A stretch of 64,000 bases of DNA, taken from NCBI GenBank assembly GCA_903856085.1, contig CAIOAT010000013.1:295430-359429 (forward strand), given 5' to 3'. The notes under the pieces were generated by a model, which saw only the letters and a list, made by a program, of their open reading frames with translations, was not told where the DNA came from and searched no databases. Positions within the stretch are counted from its first letter, which is position 1; the number at the start of each line of letters is the position of its first letter. The stretch is from Candidatus Omnitrophota bacterium (GTDB lineage Bacteria; Omnitrophota; Omnitrophia; Omnitrophales; Aquincolibacteriaceae). Below are positions 57,696-64,000 of the stretch, piece after piece. Both the position numbers and the translations under genes were made by a program.

Positions 57696-59897
57696 ATGAA
57701 CAAGGTGCCCGTGAAAAAGCTACTCGCTGTCTTTCTTTTCCTGATCCTTCCGCTTACTTCGGCTCCGGTCGACTTGAGATCTGAAACGTCGGGACCCCAC
57801 TCGGAGGCATCTCTCCCTTTATCCAGCCTGGCGGTCCCTGAAGAGATTGGAAAAGTCCAGGAGCGCTTCGCTGGAAGCGGCTCAAGAATCATCATCCAGA
57901 TCCAGGATGTCCACGCACACGCCACCGCCCAACAAAACATCGCCGCTATGTTGGAGCATCTCCGCTCAGTGTTCGGTGTTCAGACCGTCGCGCTGGAAGG
58001 CGCCTGGGCCGCCACTTCCCTTTCTAAAAGCCATGCTATCCCGACCTCGCGTGAAAAACAGCTTCTCGCCAGAACCCTGCTTGAAGATGACAGAATCTCC
58101 GGGCCGGTTTATGCCGCGATCATGTCCTCGGAGCCGATGACACTTATTGGGATTGAAGATAACGTCCTTTACGAAAAAAACCGCGCTATTTTCCTCACAC
58201 ACCTCGTCAAGAATCGTGAGATCCAGGAAAAACTCCGGGCTTATAGCAAGACCCTTGAAGAATCTCAGCAATCGCTCTGGGGACCGAACCTTTTGACCTT
58301 TGGGAACGCTTTCGGAAAATTCCGCGAGGTTGAAGACCTTGGAAAATTTTTCCCTGTCCTCCTGAAAGCTGACGAAACCCAAAACGCTGAGATCTCGGAT
58401 CTCCCTCAGATCTCGCTCTTAAGAGACATCCTCGCCCTGGAAAAGACCTTTTCGAAGGAGAGACTGGAGCAGGAGGTCAAGCTCGTGATGCGAGAATATA
58501 AGGACACTCCCTTGACCTTGGAAGAATTGATCCGTGGCGGCAAGATCCCGGCTGAAAAAATAGGGTCTTACCCTGAGATCAAAAAACTGACTCATCTCTA
58601 TCAAATGCGCGATCAAATTTCCATTCGGGACTTAACGGCCCAGATCGAGACTTTGACCGGTCGTATCCTCGAAAAACTTCTTAAAACGCCGGAAGAAAAC
58701 GCGTTGTGGAAAAAAACCGAGCGGTTTTATCTCGCCCGGCGCATCCTTCTTTTACAAGCGACTCCCTCGGATATAACGGCCTATGAGAATGAAAAACTTT
58801 TGATCGAGCCCGAACTCGCCGAAGCCGGTCTTTCGGAAAGCCTGTCCTTGTCGCTTGATTTTTATGAGGCGGTCAAAAAACGCGATGAGATCTTCTTCGA
58901 TAAAATCATGAACGATCCGGCGCTGGCCGGCAATGTCGCAGTGGTAACAGGCGGATTCCACACGGATGGCCTTTCGCAAAAATTCCGCGACGCAGGGATT
59001 TCCTACATCACAGTCACGCCAGAACTCAGCAATACTTCTGCGAATGAAAAACTCTATGAAACCAGGATGGCGGATGACGCAGAGAGGATGGCAACAAATT
59101 CAAAGACGTCGCCTGAGATCCAACATCCAACACCCTCGGCTCACAGCGTCACACTATCCGAACTTCGAAACTCTATCGCTTGGGTCGATGACAGGTTCCC
59201 GGAAAGTTTTAAGGTGCTGCTACAAACCAAGGATGTCCGGAAAGCGGTCGCGGCTTTTCTGGGTGAGCCGGTTACGGTATCAAGATCCGCCAGGATTTCT
59301 CAGCTTTCGCGCGAAGGAAGGGTCATCCCGGAGTTAAGAACAGGGACCGCGATCAATGCCTCCGAGTTGCGGATCAGTGAATTTATGGCAAAGCCCCGTT
59401 TGGAACAGCTAAAAATTGTGCGGGGCTGGCAAACGCAAGGACCGGACCGACACGAAAAAGCAATGCTGGTCTCTTCGGTCAGCGTCCTTACGAGAATGCT
59501 TTCGCAGGAAAATGTCGTGAAACTTCTGAAGGAGGCCGTGGCGGGCGGTGATATCGTAGCGTTGGCTCAGGATGTCCCTGCAACACAAATGCCGGAGATC
59601 TTGCTATCCACCCGCGGAGTCGATCGCTTTGAGACGCCGGACATCGCGTCTCTGATCGAAAGAACGCCGCGTTTCGGACGTCTTGCCAAAAAACACCCCT
59701 TCGCGATCATGGAGAACGGACGTCAGGGCGGGGCTTATGTTGTGTTGCCGGAAAAACCAATCTCGCTTGTTCTTTTTCGCATCATCACGCTGAATCCCAG
59801 CCTTTACCAAGCCGCCAAAGATTCGGCGTTCCTAACTCTTCTGGAAGATCTCGTCTCTGAAATCTTGGCGCGGGAACTTCCACAGAAATCCGTTTAA
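57696..59897 (+). CDS. Exported cargo-less paralog of the giant protein N-terminal domain
   Basis: Signal peptide; VPEEIGKV, IQIQDVHAHATAQQNI, VALEGA, KRDEIF, AVVTGGFHTDG, ISYITVTP colinear with the giant protein aa ~45-520. Confidence 0.88.
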   Translation: MNKVPVKKLLAVFLFLILPLTSAPVDLRSETSGPHSEASLPLSSLAVPEEIGKVQERFAGSGSRIIIQIQDVHAHATAQQNIAAMLEHLRSVFGVQTVALEGAWAATSLSKSHAIPTSREKQLLARTLLEDDRISGPVYAAIMSSEPMTLIGIEDNVLYEKNRAIFLTHLVKNREIQEKLRAYSKTLEESQQSLWGPNLLTFGNAFGKFREVEDLGKFFPVLLKADETQNAEISDLPQISLLRDILALEKTFSKERLEQEVKLVMREYKDTPLTLEELIRGGKIPAEKIGSYPEIKKLTHLYQMRDQISIRDLTAQIETLTGRILEKLLKTPEENALWKKTERFYLARRILLLQATPSDITAYENEKLLIEPELAEAGLSESLSLSLDFYEAVKKRDEIFFDKIMNDPALAGNVAVVTGGFHTDGLSQKFRDAGISYITVTPELSNTSANEKLYETRMADDAERMATNSKTSPEIQHPTPSAHSVTLSELRNSIAWVDDRFPESFKVLLQTKDVRKAVAAFLGEPVTVSRSARISQLSREGRVIPELRTGTAINASELRISEFMAKPRLEQLKIVRGWQTQGPDRHEKAMLVSSVSVLTRMLSQENVVKLLKEAVAGGDIVALAQDVPATQMPEILLSTRGVDRFETPDIASLIERTPRFGRLAKKHPFAIMENGRQGGAYVVLPEKPISLVLFRIITLNPSLYQAAKDSAFLTLLEDLVSEILARELPQKSV

Positions 59898-59989
59898 TAC
59901 TTCGGGGAACGGTTAACGGGGAACGCGGATTCAAGAGATTTTCCATCGCCTGTTTCGTATTTCCCGTTTTCAGGGGAAAAAGCAGTGGC

Positions 59990-60430
59990 CTATTTTTTTT
60001 CCGCGAGATCTTTCCAATTCGCGAGCGTATTCTCAAAACTCTGGTCGAGAATAGCCCGCACTTTCTGTTCTCCGAGGATCATCCCCGCGATCCCAAGATC
60101 CCAGCGAAATTCTGCGGCAATTTCAACTCCGGCAGGTTTTGTTTCAAAAACAAGTGCTCGCGTCATAGAGCCGTTCATGGGAAGCGTGCTTTGAATAACC
60201 GCTTTCCTCATAGGCTCCCAAACGGTCATTGTGTGCTCTACCTCAATATGCTGGCGGTCCAAGACACAACTTTCACGCCAGCGCATTCCACCCCCTTCGC
60301 GCACTGCTCCTGTTCGCTCACTTTCTTTGACGCCATCCACCCATTCAGGCGTACGCGTCACATCAGCGAGCAGATTCCAAATCCGCTCGAGTGGGGCCTT
60401 TATTAAAATATTTTTTGTGAGTAGATTCAT
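59990..60430 (-). CDS. SRPBCC/polyketide cyclase family protein
   Basis: ILIKAPLERIWNLLAD...PEWVDGV; C-terminal helix. Confidence 0.8.
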   Translation of the reverse strand: MNLLTKNILIKAPLERIWNLLADVTRTPEWVDGVKESERTGAVREGGGMRWRESCVLDRQHIEVEHTMTVWEPMRKAVIQSTLPMNGSMTRALVFETKPAGVEIAAEFRWDLGIAGMILGEQKVRAILDQSFENTLANWKDLAEKK

Positions 60431-60440
60431 TAAAATTGAT

Positions 60441-60980
60441 TCAGGCGTCTAGAGATGAACGGTTTTGTTTTTGAAAAAATTTCAAAGTGCGACTGCTCAT
60501 CAAAAGAAAGCTGCCTCCAATGTAAGCGCTTAAAACATATACAATCACCTTCGGCAATCTCTGACTCCCGTTTCTATTGCATTCAAAAACCATTTGCATG
60601 ACCACTAGAAGCAGCAATTGCGTCAGATTGCCCAGCCAAAGCATCGAGTTGTTGATATGTTGGAGGATGTCACGTTTTTTAAAAAGATCAATCCTTTCAC
60701 CTTTCTGCCGCAACCTGATAAAAACTTCAGGTAATTGACCCAACGCTGGGATTAGGATTAGAAATGCGAAGCCGAGGATAGCAATGAGGATCGCGTAAAA
60801 AATAAAAAACTGACTTTTTGGCATCCACCCGTTCGCCTCCCCCGAAATTCCGAAATGCGCCGCCATGGTAGACGGTAATGCGAAATAATAAAATAATCCC
60901 TGGATCCCCATCAAAAGGATCATACCGAGAAAGATGTTCCGTGCTTTGTTCACTGTCGCCCTCCCTAAAGCCACGTTCAA
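60441..60980 (-). CDS. DUF1648-like membrane protein
   Basis: LP..MAAHFGISGEANGWMPK, four TM helices. Confidence 0.75.
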   Translation of the reverse strand: MNVALGRATVNKARNIFLGMILLMGIQGLFYYFALPSTMAAHFGISGEANGWMPKSQFFIFYAILIAILGFAFLILIPALGQLPEVFIRLRQKGERIDLFKKRDILQHINNSMLWLGNLTQLLLLVVMQMVFECNRNGSQRLPKVIVYVLSAYIGGSFLLMSSRTLKFFQKQNRSSLDA

Positions 60981-61750
60981 TCCGCCAACACCAAAGAAAC
61001 GGGCGCGTGGTCCGATCCTACCACATCGCTTAAAATCGTAGCGCTCTTCACGCGCGGCACAAGATCTTCTGTCACAAAATGATAATCAATACGCCACCCG
61101 ACATTCCGATCCCGCGCACTGGTCTTCATATCCCACCAGCTATAATGGCCTGGCTCTTTATGAAACTCCCGAAAGATATCTACTTGTCCGTCGGCAACCC
61201 ACTTATCAAGCCACGCGCGTTCGATGGGCAGAAAGCCAGAGGTCTCTTCGTTCTCTTTGGGCCGCGCAAGATCGATCTCCCTATGCGCCGTGTTGTAATC
61301 GCCGGAAATAATGACTTTTTTGCCTTCCTTTTTCAACGCCTGTACACACTTCAAGGTCGCATCATAGAAATCCATTTTAAACTTAAGCCGCTCGTCGCTT
61401 GCCTTGCCGTTTGGAAAATAGATATTGAGAAATGTGAATTCGGGATATTCGGCGATAAGAACACGCCCTTCCTCGTCGAATTTCTTGATTCCAAATCCAC
61501 GCTTCACGTTCAAAGGCTTTTCTTTTGTGAAAATCGCGACACCACTGTAGCCCTTTTTGACCGCGGACCAGGCCCAGTGAGTTTCATAACCGGCGGGATG
61601 CATCAAAAACGCGTCAAGCTGATCAGGGTGGGCCTTGGTCTCCTGAACGCCGAGAATGTCCGGCTTCTCCCTCTCGAGCCATTCTAGAAAACCTTTTTTT
61701 TGAACTGCCCGGATACCGTTGACATTCCAGGAGAGAATTTTAATGGGCAT
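60977..61750 (-). CDS. xth: Exodeoxyribonuclease III (AP endonuclease)
   Basis: SWNVNGIRA, QETK, GYSGVA, YFPNG, GDYNTAH, GWRIDY, SDHAPV. Confidence 0.95.
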   Translation of the reverse strand: MPIKILSWNVNGIRAVQKKGFLEWLEREKPDILGVQETKAHPDQLDAFLMHPAGYETHWAWSAVKKGYSGVAIFTKEKPLNVKRGFGIKKFDEEGRVLIAEYPEFTFLNIYFPNGKASDERLKFKMDFYDATLKCVQALKKEGKKVIISGDYNTAHREIDLARPKENEETSGFLPIERAWLDKWVADGQVDIFREFHKEPGHYSWWDMKTSARDRNVGWRIDYHFVTEDLVPRVKSATILSDVVGSDHAPVSLVLAD

Positions 61751-61761
61751 GTGCTGGCAAT

Positions 61762-62154
61762 CTATTTGCTGAGAATGTCTTGCGCTCGTTCAGGCTGGTC
61801 GGTGCGGATCACGAGACACCCGCAGTCTTGGTTTGGCGTAGCGGTGCAATAGGCATAAGCGATATTAATATCCGCTTCGGCGAGAGATTGGCAGATGCGC
61901 GCCAGGGTTCCGGCTTTGTTATCGATCTCGACGACGAGGACATCTTGCTCCATCACGTAAAGCTCTTCTTGTTCAAGAAGAAGTGTCGCTTTAGTGGGAT
62001 GGTCGACGATGAACCGAACAACGGCATTATCGACGGTGTCATGAACCGCCATCGCAAGAATATTGACCCCGGCTTCGGAAAGAATGGCGCATGTGCGCGC
62101 CATAATGCCGGGACGATTCGGAAGGAATACGGAAAGTTGTTTTTGTATGGGCAT
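61762..62154 (-). CDS. Tandem ACT domain protein
   Basis: QLSVFLPNRPG..GVNI and NKAGTLA..DINI.YAY. Confidence 0.88.
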   Translation of the reverse strand: MPIQKQLSVFLPNRPGIMARTCAILSEAGVNILAMAVHDTVDNAVVRFIVDHPTKATLLLEQEELYVMEQDVLVVEIDNKAGTLARICQSLAEADINIAYAYCTATPNQDCGCLVIRTDQPERAQDILSK

Positions 62155-62297
62155 AACAGCAACATCCTAACATTAGGGCATGGTCTCGAAACGATTTCCA
62201 GCACATTCAGTTTAACAATTTTCGCCGCGCTAAGCGACTGTTTTTTCTCGAGCTCTAAACTCTACTCCAAAACGGAGATGCCGTTTAAATAACCACC

Positions 62298-62669
62298 TCA
62301 TACAATATTTCGACGAATCAATGCGAGCAATTTTTCGCGCTCATAAGGCTTTGCGATAAAAAAATTACCGCCAATGTTATTCTTCGTCGCTTTCTCCTCG
62401 TCCTTGGAAATAATGCCTGTGAGAAATATGATCGGAATATATTTTGTCAAAGGGCTCTTCTTAAGCTCTTGTGCGGTTTCTCCCCCATCCAAACCCGGCA
62501 TCGTAATATCAAGCAGGATAAGGTCGGGTTGCTCCGTCTTTGCCGTCGCAATGGCCTCGCTGCCATTTTCCGCTTTCAACACCCGATAACCCGCGTCGGT
62601 CAAGTGCTGTGCGAGAAGCTTGAGTGTCACAGGATCATCGTCCACTGTGAGAATTTTTTTCTTAGTCAC
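62298..62669 (-). CDS. Single-domain response regulator
   Basis: VDDD, LLDITMPGLDG, FLT, AKP. Confidence 0.92.
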   Translation of the reverse strand: MTKKKILTVDDDPVTLKLLAQHLTDAGYRVLKAENGSEAIATAKTEQPDLILLDITMPGLDGGETAQELKKSPLTKYIPIIFLTGIISKDEEKATKNNIGGNFFIAKPYEREKLLALIRRNIV

Positions 62670-62688
62670 GACTGACTCCTTTGCTGGG

Positions 62689-63465
62689 TTAAAAAGCCGC
62701 CGCTCTCATCGCCTTAACAAGTTCGGCCGGATCGTCATAACCGACAAGCTTTACGCCTGCTTTTTCGCATATTTTTTCTGCGACCGTCTGATCGATCGTG
62801 CTCTTATAAGGCGTGTATAAAACGACTGGAATATCCGCGGTCCGGGGAATCTGTTTCAACTTTGCGGCCAAAAGGTCCCCCGAAAGATCCGGTAGCCCTA
62901 ATTTCATCAGGATCATCTCCGGCAGATCGGCCATGATCTTATCGACGGCCTCCATGCCGCTTCGCGCCGCGGTAACATTGTACCCAGCATTGATGAACGA
63001 CATAACGATCCTGTTGAGATCATCTTGATCATCCTCGACAACCAAAAGCTTTTTAGGACTTTCCTTGGGCTTGGATTCTTTAGCCCATTCCGTTCGATAT
63101 CTTTTCGCAATGATAATGTCAACTTCCGAGAGGGCTTTTTTGATATCGAACGGCTTTGTAATAAAACCATCCACGTTCAGGTCCCTAAACAGCGAACCCA
63201 TTTCTTCGCGGGTCGTCAGAACTAGAACCGGAAACAGCGAACGTCCCGTCCCCGCGATCAAATCCCTGTAAACGTCCAGACCGCTCACCTTCGGCATATT
63301 GATATCGAGAATAATCAGGTCGGGCCGTTTCTCGCGGATTAATTTCAACCCTTCCGCTCCGTCCGCGGCTTCCAGCACATTATATTTTTTGATCTCGAGG
63401 TGGAGCCGTAAGAGCTTCCGCACGTCGATAGCATCATCGATCACCAAAATCGTTCTTTTATCCAT
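62689..63465 (-). CDS. Tandem receiver-domain protein (second domain a pseudo-receiver)
   Basis: First REC IDD/ILDINMP/TKP; second REC VEDD but ILMKLGLP. Confidence 0.88.
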   Translation of the reverse strand: MDKRTILVIDDAIDVRKLLRLHLEIKKYNVLEAADGAEGLKLIREKRPDLIILDINMPKVSGLDVYRDLIAGTGRSLFPVLVLTTREEMGSLFRDLNVDGFITKPFDIKKALSEVDIIIAKRYRTEWAKESKPKESPKKLLVVEDDQDDLNRIVMSFINAGYNVTAARSGMEAVDKIMADLPEMILMKLGLPDLSGDLLAAKLKQIPRTADIPVVLYTPYKSTIDQTVAEKICEKAGVKLVGYDDPAELVKAMRAAAF

Positions 63466-63476
63466 GTTCTCTCCTT

Positions 63477-63797
63477 TCAAATAAGCTTTTTCAGCTCCTC
63501 AAACCCGCGCTTAAAGCTCTCCACATGCATCTTGATCATTTTAAGGTCTTTGCCTTCTTTCGCACCGGACTCTATTTCTTTCGCAATCGCGTAAAGCTCT
63601 CCAATCCTCAAGTTTCCGGTAGAGCCCTTTATAAAATGTCCTCTTTCCATGATTTGTTGAAAATCCTTTGCTTCAACTGCGGCCTGCAATTGCGGCAACA
63701 CAGTCTCGGCCTGGCTAGTAAAATCCTGCAAAAGTTCATTATACATGTCTTCCGAAATGCCAAGTTCTTCCGCTATCTTTTTTTTGTCTAGCTTCAT
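63477..63797 (-). CDS. Hpt phosphotransfer protein
   Basis: GHFIKGSTGNLR; start at MKLDKK. Confidence 0.88.
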   Translation of the reverse strand: MKLDKKKIAEELGISEDMYNELLQDFTSQAETVLPQLQAAVEAKDFQQIMERGHFIKGSTGNLRIGELYAIAKEIESGAKEGKDLKMIKMHVESFKRGFEELKKLI

Positions 63798-63817
63798 GTC
63801 CCCTCTTTTCTCTGACG

Positions 63818-64000
63818 TTACGATGTAGGACGGCCTGCCCACTCGAGGATCTTCTCTCTCAGCCGGGTCAATTCCACGGGCTTCGTTATAAAATCGTTCA
63901 TACCAGAAGCCAGGCTCTTTTGTTCGTCCTCTTTCAGAACTGCGGCTGTCAAAGCGAGGATGGGAAGCGTCTTGCTGATCTGGCTTCGAATGATCGCCGT
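63818..64000 (-). CDS. C-terminal receiver domain of a protein truncated by the window edge (probably a hybrid kinase or regulator)
   Basis: Manual translation ...LPILALTAAVLKEDEQKSLASGMNDFITKPVE...PTS*. Confidence 0.85.
   Translation of the reverse strand, partial: TAIIRSQISKTLPILALTAAVLKEDEQKSLASGMNDFITKPVELTRLREKILEWAGRPTS

Overview
Bacterial chromosomal window of moderate GC with no rRNA, tRNA, CRISPR or IS element detected. A giant gene plus lipid A acyltransferase, mqnD and hss suggests a diderm of the Omnitrophota/PVC type; this taxonomy is inference. 1-8 kb holds cell-surface glycosylation genes (tandem SGNH-like paralogs, large GT4 and GT2 glycosyltransferases). 8-38.6 kb and 60-64 kb are housekeeping, redox and signalling genes. 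The standout is 38.7-59.9 kb: an 18.7-kb gene (6228 aa) with a signal peptide and an N-terminal TraB/Tiki/ChaN-like putative metalloprotease domain. It is followed by modules punctuated by 15 copies of an R-[S/A/P]-E-x-R motif, which sit at domain boundaries wherever the domains are recognisable. The cargo includes glycogen synthase, alpha-glucan phosphorylase, UDP-glucose dehydrogenase, 2H phosphoesterase, cupin, a duplicated unknown module and possible glucan-binding domains. A divergently oriented 733-aa paralog has the same N-terminal domain but no cargo. Working hypothesis: an exported, motif-processed polyprotein carrying normally cytoplasmic glycogen and sugar-nucleotide enzymes. Degenerate 7-bp-period repeats are scattered through the window, some inserted in frame into genes.
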